From Camelus ferus (Eukaryota): a DNA stretch of 64,000 nt. The DNA is taken from NCBI RefSeq assembly GCF_009834535.1, contig NC_045696.1, positions 122,328,001 to 122,392,000 on the forward strand, written 5' to 3'. The notes below the pieces were generated by a model. The model worked only from the letters and a program-made list of their open reading frames with translations, had not been told where the DNA came from and searched no databases. Positions 1 through 13,300 of the stretch are shown piece by piece (the first letter of the stretch is position 1; each line of letters opens with the position of its first letter). Made by a program: the position numbers and the translations under genes.

Positions 1-2989
1 AGTTTGCAACTGAATAGAAAATTTGTGTTCTGAAAAAGCTAGGTGAAAGACGGCTTTCACACACACGTATCTCTCAGAAATGAGCATGTGGAGAGACGTT
101 CGTTCATCTAGCACAAAGGGAACGTGTTGCAGGGGTAACTTTTACTCTGGATTCTCAGTCTGTTTCCTAGTGCCGGTTTGAACTTCCTAGATTTTTCACT
201 GTAAAACCGAGTTGGAGCTCGTACCTCCCCATATATATGTATGGAGTGGAGTTTGCAAGTGAAAAGAAACTTTATGTTCACAACAAGCTAGGTGAAGGAC
301 GGCATTCACTCACACTTATCTCTCAGAAATGAGCATGTGGAGAGACGTTCGTTCATCTAGCACAAAGGGAACGGGTTGCAGGGGAAACATATACTCTGGT
401 TTCTCAGTCTCTTTCCTAGTGCCAGTTTGAAGTTCCTGCAATTTTCACTGTAAAACCCTGTTGGAGCTTGTACCTCCCATATATACGTATGGAGTGGAGT
501 ATGCAACTGTATAGAAACTTTGTGTTCCCAACAAGCTAGTTGAAGTATGGCATTCACACACACTTATCTCACAGAATTGAGCATGTTGAGAGACTTTCGT
601 TCATCTAGCACAAAGGGAACGGGTTGCAGGAGAAACTTTATCTCTGGTTTCTCAGTCTGTTTCCTAGTGCAGGTTTGAATTTCCTGCAATTTTCCCTGTA
701 AAACCGAGTTGGATCTAGTACATCCCCATATATTTGTATTGAGTGGAGTTTGCAAGTGAAAAGAAACTTTGGGTTCCCAACAAGCTAGGTGAAGGACGGC
801 TTTCAAACACACTATTTTCTCAGAACTGAGCATGTGGATAGACGTTTGTTCATCTAGCTCAAAGGGAACGGGTTGCAGTAGAAATTTTACTCTGGTTTCT
901 CAGTCTGTTTCCAAGTGCAGGTTTTAATTTCCTGCAGTTATCACGGTAAAACCGATTTGGAGATAGTCCCTAATCATAGATATGTATGGATTGGAGTTTG
1001 CAACTGAATAGAAAATTTGTGTTCTGAAAAAGCTAGTTGAAAGACGGCTTTCACACACACGTATCTCTCAAAAATGAGCATGTGGAGAGACGTTCGTTCA
1101 TCTAGCACAAATGGAACGGGATGCAGGTGAAACTTTTATTTTGGTTTCTGAGTCTGTTTCCCAGTGCCGGTTTCAAGTTCCTGCAGTTTTCACTGTAAAA
1201 CCGAGTTGGAGCTAGCCCCTACTCATAGATATGTATGGAGTGGAGTTTGAACTTAATAGAAACTTTGTGTTCCGAAAATGCTAGGTGAAGGACGGTTTCA
1301 CACACACTTATCTCTCAGAACTGAGCATGTGGTGAGACGTTCGTTCATCTAGCACAAAGGGAACGGTTTGCAGGTTAAACTTTTACTCTGGTTTCTCAGT
1401 CTGTTTCCTAGTGCCGGTTTGAAGTTCCTGCAGTTTTCACTGGAAATCCGAGTTGGAGCTAGTCCCTACTCTTAGATATTTATGGAGTGGACTTTGCAAC
1501 TGAATATAAACTTTGTGTTCCCAAATGCTAGGTGAAGTATGGCTTTCACAAACACTGATCTCTCAGAACTGAGCATGTGGAGAGACGTTCGTTCATCTAG
1601 CAAAAAGGGAGTGGGTTGCAGGAGAAACTTTTACTCTGGTTTCTCAGTCTGTTTCCTAGTGCCGGTTAGAAATTCCTGCATTTTTAACTGTAAAGAAGTT
1701 TTGGACCTCGTACCTCCCCATATATATATATGGAGTGAAGTTTGCAAGTGAAAAGAATCTTTGTGTTCCAAAGCTAGGTGAAGGATGGCTTTCACACACA
1801 CTTATCTCTCAGAACTGAGCATGTGGATAGATATTCGTTCATCTAGCACAAAGGGAACGGTTGCAGGAGAAACTTTTTCTCTGGATTCTCAGTCTGGTTC
1901 CTAGTACTGGCTTAAGTTACAGCAGATTTTCACTGTAAAACCGAGTTGGTGCTCGTACCTCACCATATATATGTATGAATGGGGTTTGCATTTGAAAAGA
2001 AACTATGTTTTCTAAACAAGCTAGGTGAAGGACGGATTTCACACAACACGTATCTCTCAGAATGAGCATGTTGGAGAGACTTAGTCTCAGCTAGCACAGA
2101 AGGGAACGGGTTGCATGTAAGAACACTCCTCATATATATGAATGGAGTGGTGTTAGCAAGTGAAAGAAACTTTGTGTTCCCAAAAGCTTGGTGAAAACGG
2201 TTATTCACACACTTATCTCTCAAAACTGAGCATGTGGAGAACGATCGTTCATCTAGCAAAGGGAACGGGTTGCAGGAGAAAATTTTACTCTGGTTTCTCA
2301 GTCTGTTTTTTAGTGCCGGGTTGAATTTAGTGAAGTTTTCACTGTAAAAACCGAGTTGGAGCTCCTACCTCACCATATATATGTACAGAAAGAGTTTGCA
2401 AGTGAAAAGAGTCTTTGTGTTCCCAAAAAGTTAGTTGAAGTACGGCTTTCACACATACTTCTCTCAGAACTGAGCATGTTGAGAGACGTTCGTTCATCTA
2501 GCACAAAGGTAACGGGTTGCAGAAGAACATATTCGCTGGTTTCTCATTCTGTTTCCTAGTGCCGGTTTGAAGTTCCTGCAATTTTCACTGTAATACCAAG
2601 TTGGATCTAGTCCCTACTCATAGATATGTAAGGAGAGGAGTTTGCAACTGAATAGAAACTTTGTGTTCCCAACAAGCTAGGTGAAGTTCGGCTTTCACAC
2701 ACACTTATCTCTCAGAACTGAGCATGTAGAGAGACGTTCGTTCATCTAGCACAAAGGGAACGGTTTGCTGGAGAAACTTATTCTCTGGTTTCTCATTCTT
2801 TTTCCTAGTGCCGGTTTGAAGTTCCGGCAGTTTTCACTCTAAAACAGAGTTGGAGCTAGTACCAACCCATATATATGTATGGAATGGAGTTTGCTACTGA
2901 AAAGAAACTTTGTGTTCCCAACAAGCTAGGAGAAGTACGGCTTTCACAAACACTTATCTCTCAGAACTGAGCATGTGGAGAGACGTTCG

Positions 2990-3975
2990 TTCATCTAGCA
3001 CAAAGGGAACGGGTTGCAGGAGAATCTATTACTCTGGTTTCTCAGACAGTTTCCTAGTGCCGGTTTGAAGTTCCTGCAGTTTTCACTTTAAAGAAGTGTT
3101 GGAGTTCGTACCACACCATATATATGTATGGAGTGGATTTTGCATGTGAAAGAAACTTTCTTTTCCCAACAAGCTAGGTTATGAATCGGCTTCACACACA
3201 CATATCTCTCAGAACAGAGCAGTGAGAGAGCATTCGTTCATCTAGCACAAAGGGAACGTGTTGCAGGGGAAACTTTTACTCTGGTTTCTCAGTCTGTTCC
3301 TGCGTGCCAGGTTGAAGTTCTGCAGTTTTCACTGAAACCGAGTTGGAGCTAGTCCCTACTCTTATATAATTATGGAGTGACATTGCAACTGAAGATAAAC
3401 TATGTGCTTCCCCAACAAGCTAGGTGAAGTATGGCTTTCACAACACTGATCTCTCAGAACTGAGCATGTGGAGAGGACGTTCGTTCATCTAGCACAAAGG
3501 GAAGGGTTGCAGGAGAATCTATTACTCTGGTTTCTCAGACAGTTTCTAGTGCCGGTTTTGAAGTTCCTGCAGTTTTCACTTTAAAGAAGTGTTGGAGTTC
3601 GTACCACACCATATATATGTTATGGAGTGGATTTTGCATGTGAAAAGAAACTTTCTTTTCCCAACAAGCTAGGTTATGAACGGCTTTCACACACACATAT
3701 CTCTCAGAACAGAGCCGTGGAGAGACATTCGTTCATCTAGCACAAAGGAACGTGTTGCAGGGGAAACTTTTACTCTGGTTTCTCAGTCTGTTTCCTGGTG
3801 CCAGGTTGAAGTTCCTGCAGTTTTCACTGGAAATCCGAGTTGGAGCTAGTCCCTACTCTTAGATAATTATGGAGTTGACATTGCAACTGAATATAAACTA
3901 TGTGCTCCCAACAAGCTAGGTGAAGTATGGCTTTCACAAACACTGATCTCTCAGAACTGAGCATGTGGAGAGACG
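2990..3975. repeat. Tandem duplication of a 2-monomer unit (~494 bp period)
   Basis: Private variants AGAATCTATTACTC (3021 and ~3514), CACTTTAAAGAAGTGTTGGAGTTCGTACCACACC and GGTTATGAA are repeated ~494 bp apart. Confidence 0.85.
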
Positions 3976-4739
3976 TTTGTTCATCTAGCAAAAATGGAAT
4001 GGGTTGCAGGAGAAACTTTTACTCTGGTTTCTCAGTCTGTTTCCTAGTGCCGGTTAGAACTTCCTGCATTTTTACACTGTAAAACCGAGTTGGAGCTAGT
4101 ACCTCCCCATATATATTTATGGAGTGGAGTTTGCAACTGAAAAGAAACTTTGTGTTCCCAACAAGCTAGGTGAAGTACGGCTTTCACACACACTTATCTC
4201 GCAGAACTGAGCATGTGGAGAGCCGTTCTTTCACCTAGGAAAAAGGGAACGGGTTGCAGTAGAAACTTTTACTCTGGTTTCTCAGTCTGTTTCTTAGTTC
4301 CAGTTTGAAGTTCCTGCAGTAATCACTGTAAAACCGAGTTGGAGCTCGTACCTCCCCATATATATGTATGGAGTGGAGTTTGCAACTGAAAAGAAACTTT
4401 GTGTTCCCAACAAGCTAGTTGAGGAACGGCTTTCACACACATTTATCTCTCAGAACTGAGCATGTGGTGAGATATTGGTTCATCTAGCACAAAGGGAACG
4501 TGTTGCAAGTGTAACTTTTACTCTGGATTCTCAGTCTGTTTCCTAGTGCCGGTATGAACTTCCTAGATTTTTCACTGTAAAACCGAGTTGGATCTCGTAC
4601 CTCCCCATATATATGTATGGAGTGGAGTTTGCAAGTGCAAAGAAACTTTATGTTCCCAACAAGCTAGGTGAAGGACGGCATTCACACACACTTATCTCTC
4701 AGAAATGAGCATGTGGAGAGACGTTCGTTCATCTAGCAC

Positions 4740-7700
4740 AAAGGGAACGGGTTGCAGAAGAAAATTTTACTCTGGTTTCCCATTCTTTTTCCTAGTGCCA
4801 GTTTGAACTACCTGCAGTTTTAACAGTAAAACCGTGTTGGAGCTCGTACCTCCCCATATATATGTATGGAGTGGAGTTATCTACTGAAAAGAAACTTTGT
4901 GTTCCCAACAAGCTATGTGAAGGACGGCTTCACACACACATATCTCTCAGAAATGAGTCTGTGGATAGACGCTCGTTCATCTAGCACAATGGGAACTGTT
5001 TGCAGGGAAAATTTTCTCTGGTTCCTCAGTCTGTTTCCTAGAGGCGTTTTGAAGTTCCTGCAGTTTTCACTGTAAAACCGAGTTGGAGCTACACCCTACT
5101 CATAGATATGTATGGAGTGGAGTTTGCAAATGAATAGAAACTTTGTGTTCCGAAAAAGCTATGTGAAGCACGGCTTTCACACACACTTATCTCTCAGAAT
5201 TGAGCATGTTGAGAGACGTACGTTCATCTGGCACAAAGGAAACGGGTTGCAGGGGAAACGTTTACTCTGGTTTCTCAGAATGTTTAATAGTGCCGGTTTG
5301 AAGTCCCTGCAGTTTTCCCAATAAAACCGAGTTGTAGCTAGTACCTCCCCATAGATATTTATGGAGTGGTGTTTGCAACTGAAAAGAAACTTTGATTTCC
5401 CAAAAAGCAAGCTGAAGGACGGCTTTCACACACACTTATCTCTCAGAACTGAGCATGTGAAGAGAATTTCGTTCATCTAGCACAAAGGGAATGGGATGCA
5501 GGAGAAACATTTATTCTGGATTCTCAGTCTGTTTCCTAGTGCCGGTTGGAACTTCCTGCAGTTTTCACTTTAAAAACGTGTTGGAGCTTGTACCTCCACA
5601 TATATATATATGGAATGGAGTATGCAAGTGAAAAGAAACTTTGTGTTCCCAACAAGCTAGATGAAGGTCGTCTTTCACACACACTTATCTCTCAGAACTG
5701 AGAATGTGTAGAGACGTTCGTTCATCTAGCACAAAGGAAACGGGCTGCAGGAGAATCTTTTACTCTGGTCTCTCAGTCTGTTTCCTATTGCCGATTTGAA
5801 TTCCCTGCAGTTTTCACTGTAAAACGGAGTTGGAGCTTGTACCTTAACATATATATGTATGGAGAGGGGTTTCCAACTGAAAAGAAACATTGTGTTCCCA
5901 ACAAGCTAGGTGAAGTGAGGCTTTCACACACACTAAACTCTCAGAACTGAGCATGTGGAGAGACGTTCGTTCATCTAGCACAATGGGAACGGGTGGCAGG
6001 AGATACTATTACTCTGATATCTCAGTCTGTTTCCTACTGCCGGTTTGAATTTACTGCATTTTTCACTGTAAAATCGAGTTTTAGCTAGTACCTCCCCATA
6101 TATATGTATGGAATGGAGTTTGCAACTGAAAAGAAACTTTGAGTTCCCAAAAAGCTAGATGAAGTACGGCTTTCACACACAATATTCTCTCAGAACTGAG
6201 CATGTGGGGAGACTTTCGTTAATTTAGCACAAAGGGAACGGGTTGCAGGGTAAACTTATACTCTGGTTTCTCAGTCTCTTTCCTAGTGCCAGTTTGAAGT
6301 TCCTGCAGTTTTCACTGTAAAACCGTGTTGGAGCTTTTACCTCCCATATATATGTATGGAGTGGAGTATGCAACTGAAAGAAACTTTGTGTTCACAACAA
6401 GCTGGTGAAAGACGGCTTTCACACACACTTCTCTCTCAGAACTGAGCATGTGGAGAGACGTTCGTTCATCTAACACAAAGTGAACGGGTTGCAGGAGAAA
6501 CTTTTACTCTGGTTTCTCAGTCTGTTTCCTAGTGCCGGTTTGAACTTCCTGCAGATTTCACAGTAAAACCGTGTTGGAGTTCGTACCTCCCCATATATAT
6601 GTATGGAGTGGAATTTGCATGTGAAAATTAAGTTTGTGTTCCCAACAAGCTAGATGAAGGACGGCATTCACACACACTTAACTCTCAGAACTGAGCATGT
6701 GGAGAGGACTATCGTTCATCTAGCACAAAGGGAAAGGTTTGCAGGAGAAACTTTTACTCTGTTTTCTCAGTCTTTTTCCTAGTGCCCGTTTGAAGTTCCT
6801 TCAGTTTTCACTGTAAAACCGAGTTGGAGCTCGTACCTCCTCTTATATATTTTTGGAGTGGAGTTTGCAAGTGAAAAGTATCTTTGTGCTCCCAACAATC
6901 TAGGAGAAGTACGGCTTTCACACACACTTTTCTCTCAGAATTGAGCATGTGGGGAGACGTTCGTCATCTAGCACAAAGGGAACAGTTTGCAGGAGAAAAT
7001 TTTCTCTGGTTCCTTAGTCTGTTTCCTAGAGTCGGTTTGAAGTTCCTGCAGATTTGACTGTAAAACCGAGGTGGAGCTATTCCCTACTCATAGATATGTA
7101 TGGAGTGGAGTTTGCAACTTAATAGAAACTTTGTGTTCCGAAAACGCTATGTGAAGGACGGCTTTCACACACACTTTTCCCTCAGAAATGAGCATGTGGA
7201 GAGACGTTCGTTCATCTAGCCCAAAGGGAACGGTTTGCAGGAGAAACTTTTACTCTGGTTTCTCAGTCTTTTTCCTAGAGCCGGTTTGAAGTTCCTGCAG
7301 TTTTCACTGTAAAGTCGATTTGGAGCTAGTACTTCCCCATATATATGTTTGGAGTGGAGTTTGCTACTGAAAGAAACTTTGTGTTCCCAACAAGCTATGT
7401 GAAAGACGGCTTTCACACACACTTATATCTCAGAACTGAGCATGTGGGAGACGTTCGTTCATCTACCACTAAGGGAACGTTTTGCAGGAGAAACTTTTCT
7501 CTGGTTTCTCAGTCTGTTTCCTAGTGCTGATTGAACTTCCTGCAGTTTTCACTGTAAAAACCGAGTTGGAGCTAGAACCTCCCCATATATATGTAAGGAT
7601 TTGTGTTTGCAACTGAAAGAACCTTTGTGTTCCCAACAAGCTAGGTGAAGGACGGCTTTCATACACACTTAACTCTCAGAACTGAGCATGTTGAGAGACA

Positions 7701-8400
7701 TTCGTTCATCTAGCAGAAATAGAACGGTTTGCAGGGAAACTTTTACTTTGGTTTCTCAGTCTGTTTCCTAGTGCCCCTTTGATGTTCCTGCAGTTTTCGC
7801 TGTAAAACCGAGTTGGAGATTGTACCTCCCCATATATATGTATGGAATGGAATTTGCGACTGAAAGGAAACTTTGTTTTCCCAAAAATCTAGGTGAAGGA
7901 CGGCTTTCACACAAAATTATCTCGCAGAACTGAACATGTGTAGAGAATTTCGTTCATCTAGCACAAGGGAACGGGTTGCAGGAGAACTATTACTCTGGTT
8001 CCTAAGTATGTTTCCTAGTGCCGGTTTGATTTTCCTGCAGTTTTCACTGTAAAACCGAGTTGGAGCTAGTACTTCCCATATATATGTATGGAGTGAAATT
8101 TGCTACTGAAAAGAAACTTTGTGTTCCCAACAAGCTAGTTGAAGAACGGCATTCACACACACTTATTTCTTAGAAATGACCCTGTGGAGAGACGTTCGTT
8201 AATCTAGCACAAAGAGAACAGTTTGCAGGAGAAAATTTTCTCTGGTTCCTCAGTATGTTTCCTAGAGCCGGTTTGAAATTCCTGCAGTTTTCACTGTAAA
8301 ACCGAGTTGGAGCTATTCCCTACTCATAGATATATATGGAGTGGACGTTTGCAACTGAAAAGAAACTTTGTGTTCTGAAAAAGCTATGTGAAAGACGGCT
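4740..8400. repeat. ~15-monomer block paralogous to ~20220-23880
   Basis: An identical translated frame occurs at 4866 and 20343 (offset 15477). Private variants such as TTTGATTTCCCAAAAAGCAAGCTG, GGTGGCAGGAGATACT and GAAATGACCCTG appear in the same order in both blocks. Confidence 0.9.
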
Positions 8401-8549
8401 TTCACACACATATATCTCTCAGACTGAGCATGTGGAGAGACGTTCGTTCATCTAGCACAAAGGGAACGGGTTGCAGGAGAAACTTTTACTCTGGTTTCTC
8501 AGTCTGTTTCCAAGTGCCGGTTTGAATTTCCTGCAGTTTTTCACTGTAA

Positions 8550-9690
8550 AACCGAATTGGACCTCGTACCTCACCATATATATGTATGGATTGGAGTTTG
8601 CAGGTGAAAAGAAACTATGTGTTCCCAACAAGCTTGGTGAAGGAAGGCTGTGACACACACTTATCTCTCAGAACTGATCATGTGGAGAGGAATTCGTTCA
8701 TCTAGCAAAATTAAATGCGTTGATAGAGAAATATTTACTCTGGATTCTCAGTCTGTTTCCTAGTGCCGGTTTGAACTTAATGCAGTTTTTACTGTAAAAC
8801 CGAGTTGGAGCTAGTACATTCCCATATATATGTATGGAGTGGATTTGTAAGTGAAATGAACTTTGTGTTCCCAACAAGCTAGGTGAAGGACGGCTTTCAC
8901 ACACACTTATATCTCAGTACTGCGCATGTGGAGAGACGTTCGTTCATCTAGCACAAATGGAACGGTTGCTGGAGAAATTTTTCTCTGGTTTCTCAGTACT
9001 TTTTTCTAGTGCCGGTTTGAATTTCCTGCAGTTTTCACTGTAAAAACGAGTGGAGCTAGAGTACTTCCCCATATATGTCTATGGAGTGGAGTTTGCTACT
9101 GAAAAGAAACTTTGTGTTCCCAAAAAGCTAGGTGAAGGACGGCTTTCACAAACATTTATCTCTCAGAACTGAGCATGTGGAGAGACGTTCGTTCATCTAG
9201 CACAATGGGAACGGGTTGAAAGGGAAATTTTTACTCTGGTTTCTCAGTCTGTTTCCTAGTGCCGGTTTGAACTTCCTGCAATTTTCACTGTAAAACAGTG
9301 TTGGACCTCGTACCTCACCATATATATGTATGGAGTGGAGTTTGCAGGTGAAAAGAAACTATGTGTTCCCAACAAGCTAGGTGAAGGAAGGCTGTCACAC
9401 ACACTTATCACTCAGAACTGATCATGTGGAGAGGAATTCGTTCATCTAGCAAATTGAACGGGTTGAAGGAGGAATATTTACTCTGGATTCTCAGTCTGTT
9501 TCCTAGTGCCGGTTTGAACTTAATGCAGTTTTCACTGTAAAACCGAGTTGGAGCTAGTACCTCCCCATATATATTTATGGAGTGGATTTTGCAAGTGAAA
9601 TGAAACTTTGTGTTCCCAACAAGCTAGGTGAAGGACGGCTTTCACACACAATTATCTCTCAGTACTGAGCATGTGGAGAGACGTTCGTTC
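8550..9690. repeat. Diverged tandem duplication with a 3-monomer offset (~744 bp)
   Basis: AGGAAGGCTG occurs at 8641 and 9385. CTGATCATGTGGAGAGGAATTCG, GAACTTAATGCAG and CTCAGTACTG recur at a similar offset. Confidence 0.8.
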
Positions 9691-10374
9691 ATCTTACACA
9701 AAGGGAACGGGTTGCAGGAGAATTTATTCGCTGGATTCTCAGTCTGTTTCCTAGTGCCGTTTTGAAGTTCCTGCTGTTTTCACTGTAAAAAGATTTGGAG
9801 CTATTCCCTACTCATAGATATGTAAGGAGTGGAGTTTGCAAATGAATAGAAACTTTGTGTTCCCAACAAGCTAGGTGAAGTTCGGCTTTCACACACAATT
9901 ACCTCTCAGAACTGTGCATGTGGATAGACGTTCGTTCATCTAGCACAAATGGAACGGGTTGCTGGAGAAATTTTTCTCTGGTTTCTCAGTCTTTTTCTAG
10001 TGCCGGTTGAATTTCCTGCAGTTTTCACTGTAAAACCGAGTTGGAGCCAGTACTTCCCCATATATTTGTATGGAGTGGAGTTTGCTACTGAAAAGAAACT
10101 TTGTGTTCCCAACAAGCTAGGTGAAGGACGGCTTTCACACACACTTATCTCTCAGAAATGAGCATGTGGAGAGACGTTCGTTCATCTAGCACAAATGGAA
10201 TGGGTTGCAGTTGAAACTTTTACTCTGGTTTCTCAGTCTGTTTCCAAGTGCCGGTTTGTAGTTCCTGCAGGTTTTACTGTAAAACAGAGTAGGTGCTAGT
10301 ACCTCCCCATATATAATATGGAGTGGAGTTTGCCAGTGAAAAGAAACTTTGTGTTCCCAACAAGCTAGGTGAGG

Positions 10375-13300
10375 GACGTCTTTCACACAAAATTATCTCT
10401 CAGAACTGAGCATGTGGAGAGACGTTCGTTCAATTAGCACAAAGGGATCAGGATGCAGGAGAAACTTTTACTCTGGTTTCTCAGTCTGATTCCTAGTGCC
10501 GGTTTTAAGTTACTGCATTTTTCACTGTAAATCCGATTTGGAGCTATTACCTCACATATATATATTACGGATTGAGTTTTGCAACTGAAAAGAACTTGTG
10601 TTCCCAACAAGCTAGGNNNNNNNNNNNNNNNNNNNNNNNNNNNNNNNNNNNNNNNNNNNNNNNNNNNNNNNNNNNNNNNNNNNNNNNNNNNNNNNNNNNN
10701 NNNNNNNNNNNNNNNNTGCAGAAAGGCTTTCACACACACGTATCTCTCAGAACTGAGCATGTAGAGAGACGTTCGTTCATCTAGCACAAAGGAACGGGTT
10801 GCAGGAAAAACTTTTACTCTGGTTTCTCAGTCTGTTTCCTAGTGCCAGTTTGAAGTTCCTGCAGGTTACACTGTAAAACCGAGTTGGAGCTAGTACCTCC
10901 CCATATATATGTATGGAGTGGAGTTTGCAACTGAAAAGAAACTTTGTGTTCCCAACAAGCTTTGTGAAGGATGGCTTTCACACACACTTATCTCTCAGAA
11001 CAGAGCATGTGGAGAGACGTTCGTTCAACTAGCACAAAACGGAAAGGGATGCAGGAAAAACTTTTACTAAGGGTTCTCAGTCTGTTTCTTAGTGCCGGTT
11101 TGAATTTACAGCAGTTTTCACTCTAAAACCGAGTTGGAGCTCATACCTACCTATATATGTATGGAGTGGAGTTTGCAATTGAAAAGAAACTTTGTGTTCC
11201 CAACAAGCTAGGTGAAGGACGGCTTTCACACACATTTATATCAGAACTGAGCATGTTGAGAGACGTTTGTTCAATTAGCACAAATGGATCGGGTTGCAGG
11301 AGAATTTTACTCTGGTTCTTCAGTCTGTTTCCTAGTGCTGGTTTGAAGTTCTTGCAGTTTTCACTGTAAAACAGTGTTGGGGCTAGAACCTCCCCATATA
11401 TATGTATGGAGTGTAGTTTGCAACTGAAAGGAACTTTGTGTTCCCAACAAGCTAGGTGAAGGACGGCATTCACACACAATTATCTCTCAGTACTGAGCAT
11501 GTGGAGAGACTTTCGTTCATCTAGCACAAAGAACGGTTTGCAGGAGGATCTTTTCTCTGGTTTCTCAGGCTGTTTCCTAGTGCCGGTTTGAACTTCGTGC
11601 AGTTTTCACTGTAAAACCGAGTTGGAGCTAGTACCTCCACATATATATGTATGGAGTGGAGTACACAAGAGAAAAGAAACTTTGTGTTCCCAACAAGCTA
11701 GGAGAAGGACGGCTTTCACACACACTTATCTCTCAGAACTGAGCATGTGGAGAGACGTTCGTTCAATTATCACAAAGGGATCAGGTTGCAGGTGAAACTT
11801 TTACTCTGGTTTCTCAGTCTGTTTCCTACTGCCGTTATGAAGATCCTGCAGTTTCACTGTAAAACCGAGTTGGAGCCAGTACCTCCCATATATATGTATG
11901 GAGTGGATTTTGGAATTGAAAAGAAACTTTGTGTTCAGAACAGCTAGGTGAAGGACGGCTTTCACACACACTTATCTCTAGAATTGAGCATGTGGAGAGA
12001 CGTTCGTTCAACTAGCACAAAAGGGAACTGGTTGCAGGAGAAACTTTTACTCACATTTCTCAGTCTGTTTCCTAGGGCCGGTATGAATTTACTGCAGTTT
12101 TCACTGTAAAACCGAGTTGGAGCTCGTACCTACTCATATATATATATGGAGTGGAGTTTGCAACTGAAAAGAAACTTTATGTTCCCAACAAGCTAGGTTG
12201 AAGGACGGCTTCCCACACACCCTTATCTCTCAGAAATGAGCATGTGGAGAGACGTTCGTTCATCTAGCACAAAGGGAAAGGGTAGCCGGAGAAAAATTTT
12301 ACTCTGGTTTCTCAGTCTGTTTCCTAGTGCCGGTTTGAACTTCCTGCAGTTTTCACTGTAAAAAATATTTGGAGCTAGTACCGTCCCATATATATGTATG
12401 GATTGGGGTTTGCAACTGAAAAGAAAACTTTGTGTTCCCAACATGCTAGGTGAAGTATGGCTTTCACACACACTTATATCTCAGAACTGAGCATGTGGAG
12501 AGACGTTCGTTCATCTAGCACAAAGGGAACGGGTTTGCAGTAGAAACTTTTCTCTGGTTTCTCAGACAGTTTCCTAGTGCCGGTTTGAACTTCGTGCAGT
12601 TTTCACTGTAAAACCGAGTTGGAGTTAATCCGCCACATATATATGTATGGAGTGGAGTATGCAAGTGAAAAGAAACTTTGAGTTCCCAACAATCTATTTG
12701 AAGTACGGCTTTCACACACACGTATCTCACAGAAACTGAGCATGTGGAGAGACGTTCGTTCATCCAGCAGAATGGAACGGTTTTGTTGTAGAAACGTTTA
12801 CTCTGGTTTCTCAGTCTGTTTCCTAGTGCCGGTTTGAACTTCCAGTATTTTTCAATGTAAAACAGATATGGAGATCGTACCTCCCCCTATATATGTATGG
12901 AATGAAGTTTGCAAATGAATACAAACTTTGTGTTCCCAACAAGCTAGTTGAAGAATGGCTTTCCCACACACTTATATCTGAGAACTGAGCATGTGGAGAG
13001 ACGTTCGTTCATCTAGCACAAAAGGAACGGGTTGCTAGAGAAAATTTTTCTCTAGATTCTCAGTCTGTTTCCTAGTGCCGGATGAAGTTCCTGCAGTTTT
13101 CACTGTAAAATCGAGTTGGAGCTGGTACCCTCCCTTTATATATTTATGGAGTGGAATTTGCAAGTGAAAAGAAACATTGTGTTCCCAACAAGCTAGGTGA
13201 ATGACGGCTTTCACACCACAATTATCTCTCAGAACTGAGCGTGTGTAGAGACTTTCGTTCATCTAGCACAAAGGGAACAGTTTGCAGGAGAATCTTTTAA

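Noticed and set aside
10434..10787. ORFs spanning the N run
   Set aside because: They are artefacts of translating through the 100-N gap.
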